Below are positions 30,186 through 40,129 of a DNA stretch of 64,000 nt, one piece after another. Origin of the DNA: Desulfobacterales bacterium. Its GTDB lineage: Bacteria; Desulfobacterota; Desulfobacteria; Desulfobacterales; UBA2174. Where the stretch lies: contig CAXXWC010000021.1 of NCBI GenBank assembly GCA_963668645.2, positions 1,504,001-1,568,000 on the forward strand. The letters are read 5' to 3'. The translations under genes were made by a program, and so were the position numbers. Position 1 is the first letter of the stretch; each line of letters begins with the position of its first letter. A model generated the notes under the pieces. It did no database searches and was not told the DNA's origin. It saw only the letters and a list, made by a program, of their open reading frames with translations.

Positions 30186-31130
30186 ATGCATCCTACCGCC
30201 GGCCTCTCCATCCAACCCGACCGAATGTTGTGGGCCGCGACCCGAGCTGAATTAGAGGCCGACCTTCATAAAAAGCACCCAAGGGGTAACCGGAAGCGTC
30301 GCCAACCATTTTTCGAGGCGTTGGTCGAGTTGTGCGGTTTTTTCTTGCGGTGCACCATCATCAAAAGCACCTCGAAATGTATTGCCAAACGCATCGCCCT
30401 CAACCGGGTCGACTTCTCATTCGACGATCTGCCACCGGCCTTCGATGGATTTCGCATCCTGCATCTGTCGGACCTGCATATCGATGTCACCACGGGAATC
30501 GAACAACACATCGCGCAAATCGTTCGGCCCATCGAAGCGGACCTGTGCGTTCTGACCGGAGACTACGGACGCCGGATCAACGGTCGATTCCGCCACCTCT
30601 TGGATCCTTTACACACGGTGGTATCTGCCGTTCGCGCACGTCATGGGATTCTGGGCACACTGGGCAACCACGATTCATACCGGATGGTGCCGCACCTGGA
30701 ATCCATGGGTGTGCGTATGCTGCTCAACGAAACCTGCAACATTTCCCAAAATGGCAACCGCATAAGGATCACGGGACTCGATGATCCTTGTTATTACTAC
30801 ACCGAGCAGGCTCCCGCAGCCCTGGCGCAATCCCCCACAGGATTCAAGATCGCTCTGGTGCACGACCCCTCGATGTTGGACATTGCCGCCGAAAACGGCT
30901 ACCGTCTTTACCTGTGCGGCCACACCCACGGAGGCCAGATCTGCCTGCCCGGCGGGATACCGCTCATGCCCCACCTGCGCCATGATAGGCGCACCTGCCG
31001 AGGGGTTTGGCGCTGCGGTGCGATGATCGGTTACACCTCCCAGGGAACCGGAACGGGCACCATCCCTTTGCGTTTAAACAGTGTCAGCGAAATCACGCTG
31101 ATTCGACTCATGGGCAAAACCGGTTCCTGA
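30186..31130 (+). CDS. Metallophosphoesterase (calcineurin-like, YkuE/YaeI type)
   Basis: HLSDLH, LTGDY, LGNHD and CGHTHGGQI motifs. Confidence 0.92.
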   Translation: MHPTAGLSIQPDRMLWAATRAELEADLHKKHPRGNRKRRQPFFEALVELCGFFLRCTIIKSTSKCIAKRIALNRVDFSFDDLPPAFDGFRILHLSDLHIDVTTGIEQHIAQIVRPIEADLCVLTGDYGRRINGRFRHLLDPLHTVVSAVRARHGILGTLGNHDSYRMVPHLESMGVRMLLNETCNISQNGNRIRITGLDDPCYYYTEQAPAALAQSPTGFKIALVHDPSMLDIAAENGYRLYLCGHTHGGQICLPGGIPLMPHLRHDRRTCRGVWRCGAMIGYTSQGTGTGTIPLRLNSVSEITLIRLMGKTGS

Positions 31131-31169
31131 CCGGACAAGGTTCGATTACCTCGAAACAGGGGAGAAGCC

Positions 31170-32756
31170 ATGCCAATGGATTATGACGTGATCGTGGTCG
31201 GCTCGGGTTTCGGCGGCAGCGTGTCGGCCCTGCGCCTGGCAGAAAAAGGATATCGTGTGGCGGTGCTCGAAAAGGGCCGCCGGTACGGCACCGAGGATTT
31301 CCCATCCACCAATTGGCATCTTAAAAAGAGCATCTGGCTGCCTCAGCTCGGCCTTTACGGAATCCAGATGCTCACATTCCTGCGACACGTGACGGTATTG
31401 CACGGCGGCGGTGTGGGCGGCGGCAGCCTGGTCTACGCCAACCAGCTTCTGGTTCCGCCGGACACGGTATTCGATCAACCCCGCTGGGGACGGGCCGGAG
31501 GCTGGAAAGCGCGTTTGGCACCCTACTACGCCCGGGCGCAACAAATGCTCGGGGCCACTCCGAGCCCTACCGTGGGACGCGCCGACCGGATCCTGCGCGA
31601 AGTGGGCATCGAGTTGCGTGGCCGGGACACCTTCCACCAAAACGACGTAGGCATCTTTTTCGGCGAGCCCGACCGCACCGTTCCCGACCCCTACTTCGGC
31701 GGCGAAGGACCGCCGCGCACCGGCTGCACCTTCTGCGGTGCCTGCATGATCGGTTGCCCGGTAGGGGCAAAGAACACATTGGACAAAAACTACCTCTATC
31801 TGGCCGAACACCGCCACGGGGTGCGCATCATTGCCGAAACCGAGGTGACCGGAGTTCGTCCGGCAGCAGATGGCTACGAGATTTTCACGCGCCGGTCCCT
31901 GCGTCCCTTTCGCCCTGGAAGAACCTATCGGGCACCCAAGGTGGTGTTCAGCGGCGGGGTGATGGGTACGGTGAAGCTGCTGCTCCAATGCCGCCGCAAC
32001 GGCATGCTGCCGCGCCTGTCCAGCCAACTGGGCAACTTCGTGCGCACCAATTCCGAAGCGATCCTGGGCGTGCGCTCCCGGGATCGCTCGGTGGACTGGA
32101 ATGACCAGATCGCCATCACCTCAGGGATCTATCCCGACGATGACACCCATATGGAAATGGTGCGCTACAACAAGGGATCCGACCTGCTCTACGGCCTGCT
32201 GACCCTGCTCACCGACGGGGGTGGCGCAATACCGAGACAGATGCGCTTTGCTGCCAATGTCCTGCGCCATCCGCTGCGTTTTTTGCGCAATTTTTGGTTC
32301 CTGGGCAGCTCAGCGCGAACAACGGTCCTGCTGGTCATGCAAACCAGCGACAATTATCTGCACCTCAACTTGGCCCCGCGGCCCTGGCGCTTCGGCCGCT
32401 GCAGCCTCAACAGCCGCCTGCCGCCGGGCCAAGAGCGCATCCCCAGCTACATACCGGTTGCCAATGAGGTGGCCCGCCGCCTGGCGACCAGGATGAACGG
32501 AGAGCCGTTGAGCAGTTGGCCCGAGATGATCCTGGATGCGCCCACCACGGCCCATATCCTGGGCGGCTGCGCCATGGGCGAAACCCCTGGCCAGGGGGTG
32601 GTCGACTTTTCCGGCCAGGTTTTCGGATATCCGGGACTTTACGTGGCCGACGGATCTGTGGTGCCGGTCAATCTGGGCGTCAATCCCAGCCTGACCATCA
32701 CGGCCCTGTCCGAGTTCATCATGGACCAGATGCCGGGCAAAAAGTCCGAGGTCTGA
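31170..32756 (+). CDS. GMC oxidoreductase, cholesterol oxidase ChoD-like
   Basis: VVGSGFGGSV, GVGGGSLVYAN, CTFCGACMIGC, TAHILGG and NPSLTITAL motifs. Confidence 0.9.
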   Translation: MPMDYDVIVVGSGFGGSVSALRLAEKGYRVAVLEKGRRYGTEDFPSTNWHLKKSIWLPQLGLYGIQMLTFLRHVTVLHGGGVGGGSLVYANQLLVPPDTVFDQPRWGRAGGWKARLAPYYARAQQMLGATPSPTVGRADRILREVGIELRGRDTFHQNDVGIFFGEPDRTVPDPYFGGEGPPRTGCTFCGACMIGCPVGAKNTLDKNYLYLAEHRHGVRIIAETEVTGVRPAADGYEIFTRRSLRPFRPGRTYRAPKVVFSGGVMGTVKLLLQCRRNGMLPRLSSQLGNFVRTNSEAILGVRSRDRSVDWNDQIAITSGIYPDDDTHMEMVRYNKGSDLLYGLLTLLTDGGGAIPRQMRFAANVLRHPLRFLRNFWFLGSSARTTVLLVMQTSDNYLHLNLAPRPWRFGRCSLNSRLPPGQERIPSYIPVANEVARRLATRMNGEPLSSWPEMILDAPTTAHILGGCAMGETPGQGVVDFSGQVFGYPGLYVADGSVVPVNLGVNPSLTITALSEFIMDQMPGKKSEV

Positions 32757-32766
32757 AAGGAGGCCC

Positions 32767-33297
32767 ATGAGCCTCGGCTACAAGCTGCGCCAGGCAAACC
32801 GACGACTGGAGGACCTGACCCCGCGCGAAACCCGTGACCTCGAACGGCTTTTGCAGGCCGTCTATCGAGCCGAAACGGATCTGCTCGCCCGTGCAGCAGT
32901 ACTGATGGACCGGTGCATCGGCGGATGCCGAGGCTTGTGCTGCCGCAATGTCGCCATCGACGAAATCATCGGATTTGCCGATCTGGTCTATATTGTTGGC
33001 CGGCACCCCGACCTTCGCAATCGCTTGGCCGCCTGCCTGGCTGCGGAACGGCCGTTTTTTACCGTTGATTGTCCGTTTCTCGAAAACGGCCATGGCCCCT
33101 GCATCCTTCCCGAAGCGGTGCGACCCGAGGTGTGCATCACCACTTTTTGCGCCGACACAGGGCCGGTGCGGCGGGAAATCTCCCAAGTCAGAAGGGCTTT
33201 CATGCGGCTGGGTTGGTTTCTCGGGAGGGTCACCATCCACCAGGCGCTGCGGCGCACTGTAGGACGATTTTCCCCGCATCCGGATTCAGATCCATGA
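32767..33297 (+). CDS. Cys-rich hypothetical protein (YkgJ/CxxCxxCC-like)
   Basis: CIGGCRGLCC, CPFL, CIL and RPEVC motifs; GGAGG RBS. Confidence 0.7.
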   Translation: MSLGYKLRQANRRLEDLTPRETRDLERLLQAVYRAETDLLARAAVLMDRCIGGCRGLCCRNVAIDEIIGFADLVYIVGRHPDLRNRLAACLAAERPFFTVDCPFLENGHGPCILPEAVRPEVCITTFCADTGPVRREISQVRRAFMRLGWFLGRVTIHQALRRTVGRFSPHPDSDP

Positions 33298-33408
33298 TGA
33301 AGCGGCAGAGACGATCCTGCTTTTGTTTTCACCCTCTCTTTTCCCTTGACAACCGGAGGGCATCCGTATATTAAGTCCGCTTTGTCAGGATGCCTGACGC
33401 CGGTTTGT

Positions 33409-33484
33409 TCCCCAGTAGCTCAGTCGGTAGAGCAAGTGGCTGTTAACCACTGGGTCCGCGGTTCGAGTCCGTGCTGGGGAGCCA
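33409..33484 (+). tRNA. tRNA-Asn (GTT)
   Basis: 76 nt; acceptor TCCCCAG/CTGGGGA, anticodon arm AGTGG-CTGTTAA-CCACT, T-loop GGTTCGAGTCC, encoded CCA. Confidence 0.98.
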
Positions 33485-33490
33485 ATTATA

Positions 33491-33532
33491 ACAAGGGATC
33501 AGCTCTCACGAGCTGATCCCTTGTGCTTTTTT
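33491..33532 (+). terminator. Intrinsic terminator after tRNA-Asn
   Basis: Perfect hairpin ACAAGGGATCAGCTC-TCAC-GAGCTGATCCCTTGT followed by GCTTTTTT. Confidence 0.85.
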
Positions 33533-33686
33533 ACGGGCAGGACCTCACCTCTCTACCAAGTATGCCTTGGGCACCGGCGGGATGCTTGCCAGGGCAAAAT
33601 CCTGGATACAGATACCGGTCTCAAGTGCCCGCAGAAAAACCGACCAGGCGACGCCGCCCCAGATCTTCGACAGCAGTATACCCTTG

Positions 33687-33734
33687 AAACAACAAACCGG
33701 CCGCCCCCTTAAAGGAACGGCCGGTTTGTTTTTT
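33687..33734. terminator. Bidirectional terminator downstream of etfA
   Basis: AACAAACCGGCCG...CGGCCGGTTTGTT with A-rich and T-rich flanks. Confidence 0.7.
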
Positions 33735-33754
33735 AAACCTACTGGCGTGGCCGA

Positions 33755-34723
33755 TTACTTGGCTTCCTGAATCGCCTCGGTCAAAGCCGGCATGAACTCG
33801 AGGATGTCGGCCACGATGCCCACATCGGCCACCTGGAAAATGGGGGCCTTGGCATTCTTGTTGATAGCCACGACAAATGGGTTGCCCTTGATCCCGCCCA
33901 GGTGCTGGAAGGAGCCGCTGATCCCGCAGGCCAGATAGACCTTGGGTTTGACGGTCTGGCCCGAGGTGCCGACCTGGCGCGATTTTTCCAGCCACTTGGC
34001 GTCCACAATGGGCCGCGAGCAGGAAACCACCGCACCCATGGCCTCGGCCAGTTCGTTGGCGATCTCGATGTTGTCTTCCTCCTCGATCCCGCGGCCGATG
34101 GAGACCAGCACGTCCTCTTTGGTGATGTCCACGTCGCCCACTTCGGCAGCCACCACTTCGATAAAGCGGCGCCTGGGAGCCAGATCGCCGATCTCGCCCG
34201 ACTTGTCCACCACATTGCCCGAGGCGGCCGCTTCCACCGCAGCGAAGCTGCCGGCCCGCGGGGTCAGTACGGCCCCCTTGGAGATATCGGCATTCACATG
34301 GGTGCTTACCTGCCCGCCGAACTCCTGGCGCACCAGCTTGAGGGTAGCACCGTCAAGGCCTTCGATCTCCACCACGTCGGGCACGAAGGCCGCATCGAGC
34401 TTGATCGACAGCCCCGGAGCCAGATCCATGCCGAAGGTGTCATGGGCCGCCAGGACGATGGCCCCGGCCGGCAGGGCCGCCAGCAGCAGCGGGCGGACCG
34501 CTTCGGCGTTGGGATAGGCCAAAGCGGCGTTGGAAAACTTCCATACCTCGTCGTAGGCCTTGGCCAGTTCGCCGGCCACGGCATCCAGTTCGGCGCCGCT
34601 GCCGGTAACGATGGCGGTAACGGTGGCGGCCGCATCGATCTTCTTGGCGGCGGCAAGCAGTTCCAGGGCCGTATCGTCGGCCACTCCGTTCTTGTGGACG
34701 ATATAAGCGAAGATCTGTGCCAT
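33755..34723 (-). CDS. etfA: Electron transfer flavoprotein alpha subunit
   Basis: VSIGRG, CSRPIVD, QVGTSG, GISGSFQH and AINKNAKAPIF motifs. Confidence 0.97.
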   Translation of the reverse strand: MAQIFAYIVHKNGVADDTALELLAAAKKIDAAATVTAIVTGSGAELDAVAGELAKAYDEVWKFSNAALAYPNAEAVRPLLLAALPAGAIVLAAHDTFGMDLAPGLSIKLDAAFVPDVVEIEGLDGATLKLVRQEFGGQVSTHVNADISKGAVLTPRAGSFAAVEAAASGNVVDKSGEIGDLAPRRRFIEVVAAEVGDVDITKEDVLVSIGRGIEEEDNIEIANELAEAMGAVVSCSRPIVDAKWLEKSRQVGTSGQTVKPKVYLACGISGSFQHLGGIKGNPFVVAINKNAKAPIFQVADVGIVADILEFMPALTEAIQEAK

Positions 34724-35505
34724 TACTTCAGCCCTCCTTTGGCCTTGAGCATTTCGATCAGTTTGGCGATGATCTCTTCGGTGGAGCCTTCGAGCATCTC
34801 GGCGCCCTCGCCCAGTTCGGGCATGAAGTAGTCGAGCCGCTTGACCTGCGGCGCCAGAGCCGCGCCGTTCAGTCCCAGATCACCCGCGCCCATGGTCGGA
34901 ATCTCCACCGAGGCCACTTTGCGGATCCCGCGGATCCCCACATAGCGCGGTTCGTTGATCCCGGTCTGGATCGACAGCACGCAGGGCAGGTCGATCTCGC
35001 TGATCTCCTGGTTGCCCCCCTCGATCTCGCGGCCGATCTTGATCTTTCCGTCCGCCTCGGTCTCGATCTTGTTGACCAGCGAGGCATAGGGATAGTCGAG
35101 CAAGGCGGCCAACATTCCCCCCACCTGGGCCGCGCCGTCGTCGGCCTGGGCCCCGGTGAGGATCAGATCGTAGCTGCCTTTTTCCACCGCCGCTTTGAGC
35201 ACGGTGGCGATCCCGCGCCCGTCGGCCTCGGCAAAGGCCTCATCGTTGAGCAACAGCCCGTTGTTGGCCCCCATGGCCATCTCCCGGCGCAAAACCTCTT
35301 CGGCCTCGTCGTCGCCCACGGTCACCACGGTGACGCTGCCACCGACCCGGTCGACGATCTGGATCGCCTCTTCCACGGCGTAGTTGTCCCATTCGTTGAC
35401 CGAATAGACCAGATCGTCCCTTTCGATGTCGTTACCAGCCTTGTTGAGTTCGATCTCGTTTTCCGAGGTGTCGGGAACCCGTTTGACACAAACCAGAATC
35501 TCCAT
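34723..35505 (-). CDS. etfB: Electron transfer flavoprotein beta subunit
   Basis: ILVCVKRVPD, DNYAVEEA, AMGA, GAQADDG and NEPRY motifs. Confidence 0.97.
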   Translation of the reverse strand: MEILVCVKRVPDTSENEIELNKAGNDIERDDLVYSVNEWDNYAVEEAIQIVDRVGGSVTVVTVGDDEAEEVLRREMAMGANNGLLLNDEAFAEADGRGIATVLKAAVEKGSYDLILTGAQADDGAAQVGGMLAALLDYPYASLVNKIETEADGKIKIGREIEGGNQEISEIDLPCVLSIQTGINEPRYVGIRGIRKVASVEIPTMGAGDLGLNGAALAPQVKRLDYFMPELGEGAEMLEGSTEEIIAKLIEMLKAKGGLK

Positions 35506-35580
35506 GATTGTCCTCCCGCACGAGTTGGTGTGGCCCCGGCTCCGATCATTGGCGAAACCGGGAAAAAGTGTCGCCTTTTA

Positions 35581-37659
35581 TCAGCGCGCAATATGCTGGT
35601 CGACCAGCTCTGCCAGGTCGATGGCCTCCATCTGACCTTCCAGACCGGCCACCTTGATGGCGTCCTCGATGTTCACCAGGCAAAAGGGGCAGGCCGTGAC
35701 AATGACGTTGGCCCCGGCCTCGGCCGCCATCTTGACCCGCAGGACCCCCATGCGCTGTTCTTCCTCGGGCTCGTAAAACAGCATCAAACCGCCCCCGCCG
35801 CAGCAGAAGCTGCGGTCGCGGCTGCGGGTCATCTCCACCCGACGCAACCCGGCGATGGCGTCCAGGGCCGAGCGCGGGTCGTCGTAAAGGTTGTTGTGGC
35901 GGCCCAGGTAGCACGGATCGTGATAGGTGTAGACCTTGCCCTCGGTCTGGATGGAATTGAGCTTCAGGCGCCCCTCGCGCACCTGGCGCACGATGGTCTG
36001 GCTGATGTGTTCGACCGGCGGCAGTCCGGCATAATCCTTGGTCAGGGCGTTATAGGCGTGGGGATCGGCCGTGACGATGTGCTTGGCCCCCGACTCCTTG
36101 ATCATCTCGGTGTTGTGATCCTTCAGATCCTGGAAAAGCATCTCCTCGCCGAAGCGGCGCACCTCGTGGCCGCTGTCCTTTTCCTCCTTGCCCAGAATGG
36201 CGAAATCGATCCCCGCGGCGCTCAGGACCCGGGCCGTTGACTGGGCGATGCGTTGCATGCGGTCGTCGAAGGACGTGATGCTGTCGACAAAATAAAGGGT
36301 CTCGGCCGTATCTCCGGCTTCCACCAGCTTGACGGCACACTCGGCGGCAAACGCCTTGTCCTTGGCCCAGCCGGCGCGCTTCTTTTCCATCTTGCCCCAG
36401 GGGTTGCCCCGCTTTTCCAGGGCGCTGAGCGGCTTTTGCAGACTCTGGGGCACGTTGCCGTCGTCGACCATGCCGCGGCGCAGGTCCACCATCTTGTCGA
36501 TGTACTCAATGCCAAGGGGGCACTCCTGCTCGCAAGCCCCGCAGGTGGTGCATGACCAGATCTCATCTTCGCTGTAAATCCCGCCGATCAGGGCCGGCGC
36601 CTTGGTAAAAGGCGCACCCACCGGATAAACCGGGTAGCTCGCGAATAGCTGATCGCGGGCCTTGATGGTGATGAACCGCGGCGACAGGGGCCGGCCCACG
36701 GCGTTGGCCGGGCAGTTGTCCGAGCACCGGCCGCAATCGGCACAGCTGTAAAAATCGAGAATGTGCTTCCAGGTAAAATCCTCGATCTGCTTGACCCCGA
36801 AAGACTCCAGGTCGTCGAGCTTGTCGTCGGCAACCCCGTAGCGCACCGGCTTGACGTTGCCTTTTTGCAGGCGCATGAAAAAGACGTTGAAGATCGAGGT
36901 AACCACGTGGAAGTGCTTGCCCAGGGGCAGAAAGCACAGGAAGAAAAAGAAGGTCAGATCATGGAGGTAGTAGGCCGCCAGATGGATGGTCTGAAGCTTT
37001 TCCACCGGTGTAGCGAGCAGTACCTGTTTGAAAATCCAGGCCAGGCTCAGCGGCACGACAAGTTCGGCATGTAGATTCTGCTGGATGGCCGCCGCTGCCA
37101 GGGAGCTGTCGTAAAGGGCCTCGGTAATCATCAGCGTGGAGATCAGGCAAAGCACGAAGACCGCCTCGGCGGTGTGGTCCTTCCCGTAACGCGGCGGTAC
37201 GGCATAACGGGCCGGCTTGAAGATGCCCCGGCGTACCATGGCGATCACCGCCACCACCAGGACGGCGGTGGCCATGATCTGGCGTAGCAGATCGTAGCCC
37301 AGGCCGATGAAGCCGTCAAAACCGGGAAAGACGAACCCCTCCACCATTCCGAGGATCACCATCTGTGAAGAGCGGATGGACAGGCTCAAGAAACCGGCAA
37401 AAAGAATAATATGCAACACTCCGGCCAGCATGTAACGCGGATGGCGCCACTGGGCCAGCCAGATCTTGAGCACCTGCCGGATGCGTTCCGGGATGCGGTC
37501 GAAACGCCGATCGGGCGCTGCGCGCACCATCGGCGCCAGACGCAGGGCGATCAGATAGGTAAAGACCGCCACGCCGACCACCGGGATGATGAAGGAAAAA
37601 ATCCATGTCGGCAAAAACCAGAGCCAGGCCTTGGCAGGCGAAATCAACGCGGTTTCCAT
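35581..37659 (-). CDS. fadF: Membrane FeS oxidoreductase, FadF/DUF224 (ETF:menaquinone oxidoreductase, EMO-like)
   Basis: N-terminal TM/heme-b region (K-H-F-H), two CxxCxxCxxxCP motifs, C-terminal CCG domain (YHDPCYLGR, FCCGGGG, TACPFC); adjacent to etfBA; GAGGT RBS before ATG 37659. Confidence 0.9.
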   Translation of the reverse strand: METALISPAKAWLWFLPTWIFSFIIPVVGVAVFTYLIALRLAPMVRAAPDRRFDRIPERIRQVLKIWLAQWRHPRYMLAGVLHIILFAGFLSLSIRSSQMVILGMVEGFVFPGFDGFIGLGYDLLRQIMATAVLVVAVIAMVRRGIFKPARYAVPPRYGKDHTAEAVFVLCLISTLMITEALYDSSLAAAAIQQNLHAELVVPLSLAWIFKQVLLATPVEKLQTIHLAAYYLHDLTFFFFLCFLPLGKHFHVVTSIFNVFFMRLQKGNVKPVRYGVADDKLDDLESFGVKQIEDFTWKHILDFYSCADCGRCSDNCPANAVGRPLSPRFITIKARDQLFASYPVYPVGAPFTKAPALIGGIYSEDEIWSCTTCGACEQECPLGIEYIDKMVDLRRGMVDDGNVPQSLQKPLSALEKRGNPWGKMEKKRAGWAKDKAFAAECAVKLVEAGDTAETLYFVDSITSFDDRMQRIAQSTARVLSAAGIDFAILGKEEKDSGHEVRRFGEEMLFQDLKDHNTEMIKESGAKHIVTADPHAYNALTKDYAGLPPVEHISQTIVRQVREGRLKLNSIQTEGKVYTYHDPCYLGRHNNLYDDPRSALDAIAGLRRVEMTRSRDRSFCCGGGGLMLFYEPEEEQRMGVLRVKMAAEAGANVIVTACPFCLVNIEDAIKVAGLEGQMEAIDLAELVDQHIAR

Positions 37660-37787
37660 CGATGATACCTCTTTGGGGTTCGCTTGAAGGGGCAACACCT
37701 CGCTTCGATCACCGCCTGCAAAGGCACCACCCGTTGAAATTGACGATGGACCAAAGTATCAAGTTTTGGCGGCGAATAACCGCAAAT

Positions 37788-37805
37788 TGAATGGCTGTTC
37801 ATTCA
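37788..37805. promoter_or_regulatory. FadR-like (TetR) operator upstream of fadF-etfBA
   Basis: TGAATGG-CTGT-TCATTCA, one mismatch to TGAATGA-N4-TCATTCA. Confidence 0.75.
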
Positions 37806-38008
37806 CCCGCAGGAAACGGGTTGTCCCCGAGCAGCAGCCCAAGGGGGTTCCTTATCTGCTCAGGACATGCCGGTCAAGCCCTATATGGCCTGAAAAGAGG
37901 GAATGGTGTCGATTTTTCCGTCGCCATGCAACGCTTTTCCGGCCATTGCTGTAAGGTCGTAACGGCCTCCGGCGGGTCGAACCGCACCTGCGCTCGTCCC
38001 AGGGCATT

Positions 38009-38110
38009 GCGGCCTCTTCGAAAGTGCCCACATATGTTGCATATGCCGCGTTTTTCGAAGAGGCCGCTCCCTGCCTGACAGCCTTGTGCTTGTCTGTCCC
38101 CAGGCTGTCA
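38009..38110. repeat. Long intergenic palindromic element
   Basis: GCGGCCTCTTCGAAA (38009-38023) pairs with TTTCGAAGAGGCCGC (38053-38067) around an inner CATATG-TTG-CATATG; second stem TGACAGCCT/AGGCTGTCA (38076-38110). Confidence 0.7.
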
Positions 38111-38200
38111 GCTCCTCCCCCCGCGAGGAATCTTCACACCATTAACTGCGGAAGCGACGGTCTTTTCAAGCACGAACCGCCTTTGCCAGCACCTTTTCAG

Positions 38201-40015
38201 TTACTTGCCGCCAAAGGCCTCGTCGCTGATCTCTACTGCCGCCGCACAGGTGTTCTTGATAGCGTCCATCTTGCCGAGGGTCACCGGCAGCACGGACTGC
38301 ACGAAAAACTCGAGCTGCTTGAACTGGCCTTCATAGAAAGCCTGGTCCTTCTTCTTGGCCGAGGCCATCTTTTCGGCGGCCACCACGGCCCGCCACAGCA
38401 GCATCCAGGCCATGACCACATCGCCGCTGGCTTCCATAAACGGATAGGCTTGGGCAAAAGCGGCCATCACCTTGGGCGACATGGCCGAGGCCCCCATGTG
38501 CATGGCGACCTCGCCGAGTTTGTTGACCGCTGTTTCCAGGCGTTCGGCCGCATCCTTGAGCGCCTCGATTCCCTTTGCCTTGCCGATAATCGCCTGAATC
38601 TCACCGAGCAGATCCATGATCGGCTTGCCTTTTTTCATCCCCAGCTTGCGGCCGAGCAGATCCATGGCCTGGATCCCGTTGGTGCCTTCGTAGATCTGGG
38701 TGATACGGCAATCGCGCACCAGCTGCTCCTGGGGATATTCGCGGATGAACCCGTAGCCGCCGTAGACCTGCATACCGAGGTTGCAGACGTCAAAGGCCCG
38801 GTCGGTGACATACCCCTTGGCAATGGGCGTGAGCAGCTCGATCAGCCCCTGGTACTTGTCCTTCAGGGCCGGATCGTCGACGGTAATCTTGCGGTCCTCA
38901 CAGACCCCCACATAGTAAAGGAGGCTGCGCATGGCACTCACGTAAGTCTTCATCGTCAGGAGCATACGCCTCACATCCGGATGATGGATGATGGGCACTG
39001 CCGGGGCGTCCTTATCCATCATCTGCAATAGATTTTTCCCCTGGATCCGTTGGCGGGCGTAATCGATGGCGTTCATGTACGAAGCCGAGGCGCAACAAAA
39101 GCCCTGCATGCCCACCAAGAGGCGCGCCTCGTTCATCATCAGGAACATGGCGCGCATCCCCTTGTTTTCCTCGCCCAGCAGCAGGCCGCGGCACTTGCCC
39201 TTGCCGCCGAGGGTCAACGAGCAGGTGGCGTTGCCGTGGATCCCCATCTTCTCTTCGATCCCGGTGCAGACCACGTCGTTGAACTCACCCAGCGAGCCGT
39301 CCGGGTTGACCCAGATCTTGGGCACGATAAACAGCGAAATCCCCTTGGTGCCCGCTGGAGCGCCCTCGATGCGCGCCAGCACCGGGTGGATGATGTTCTC
39401 CACCAGATCGTGCTCACCCGAGGAAATGAAAATCTTGTTGCCGCTGATCGAGTAGGTCCCGTCCTCGTTCCTGACCGCCGTGGTTTCCAAGGCGCCCACA
39501 TCAGAGCCGGCCCCAGGTTCGGTGAGCAGCATGGTGCCGGTCCACTTCCCGGTAAACATGTTTTTGAGAAAAAGCTTCTTCTGCTCGTCGGTGCCGAAGG
39601 CCTCCACCAGCTTGCCGGCCCCGTGGGTCAGACCCGGATACATCATGAAGGCGTAGTTGGCCCCGTTAAAATAGTCCGCACAGGCCAGGGCCACGGTGCG
39701 CGGCATCCCCTGGCCGCCCCACTCGGGGGCCTCGCTCATGGCCAGCCATTCCCCCTCGCAGAACAGCTTGTAGATCCGATAGAAAGCTTCGGGGACAGTT
39801 ACTTTGCCGTTTTCCAGGGTGCAGCCTTCCTCGTCGGCGATCTTCTGGGTGGGCAGAATCTCCTTGACGGCCAGGTTGCGCGCTTCGGAAACGATCAAGT
39901 CAATGGTTTTGCGATTGAACTCTTCGAATTTCTCATGCTGGCTGAGCGTTTCGACCTCCAGTTGCTCGTGCAGCACGAAATCCACATCCCTGCGGTCCGC
40001 AATCGGCTGTGCCAT
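38201..40015 (-). CDS. Acyl-CoA dehydrogenase (long ~600-aa subfamily)
   Basis: GTMLLTEPGAGSDVG, GNKIFIS, EEKMGIHG, MNEARL, GGYGF and IYEGTNGIQAMDL motifs. Confidence 0.96.
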   Translation of the reverse strand: MAQPIADRRDVDFVLHEQLEVETLSQHEKFEEFNRKTIDLIVSEARNLAVKEILPTQKIADEEGCTLENGKVTVPEAFYRIYKLFCEGEWLAMSEAPEWGGQGMPRTVALACADYFNGANYAFMMYPGLTHGAGKLVEAFGTDEQKKLFLKNMFTGKWTGTMLLTEPGAGSDVGALETTAVRNEDGTYSISGNKIFISSGEHDLVENIIHPVLARIEGAPAGTKGISLFIVPKIWVNPDGSLGEFNDVVCTGIEEKMGIHGNATCSLTLGGKGKCRGLLLGEENKGMRAMFLMMNEARLLVGMQGFCCASASYMNAIDYARQRIQGKNLLQMMDKDAPAVPIIHHPDVRRMLLTMKTYVSAMRSLLYYVGVCEDRKITVDDPALKDKYQGLIELLTPIAKGYVTDRAFDVCNLGMQVYGGYGFIREYPQEQLVRDCRITQIYEGTNGIQAMDLLGRKLGMKKGKPIMDLLGEIQAIIGKAKGIEALKDAAERLETAVNKLGEVAMHMGASAMSPKVMAAFAQAYPFMEASGDVVMAWMLLWRAVVAAEKMASAKKKDQAFYEGQFKQLEFFVQSVLPVTLGKMDAIKNTCAAAVEISDEAFGGK

Positions 40016-40129
40016 GGGTCTTCCCTTTCGTTCACGTATAAAATAGTTGTTTGGCGTAAAAACGTTCAGTTACGACCGGCCAATGAATCAACGGTTTTGT
40101 TTCCGCCTTGCCGCGGCAGGCAACGCACC

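Noticed and set aside
33409..33754. tRNA-Asn as an integration site
   Set aside because: It is followed directly by its terminator and core etf genes; there is no integrase and I found no duplicated tRNA 3' end.
36000..36300. Missing cysteines in the first CCG domain of FadF as a sign of pseudogenisation or selenocysteine
   Set aside because: The frame is open with no TGA, and to my knowledge a degenerate first CCG domain (DPHAYN) is normal in FadF-type proteins.
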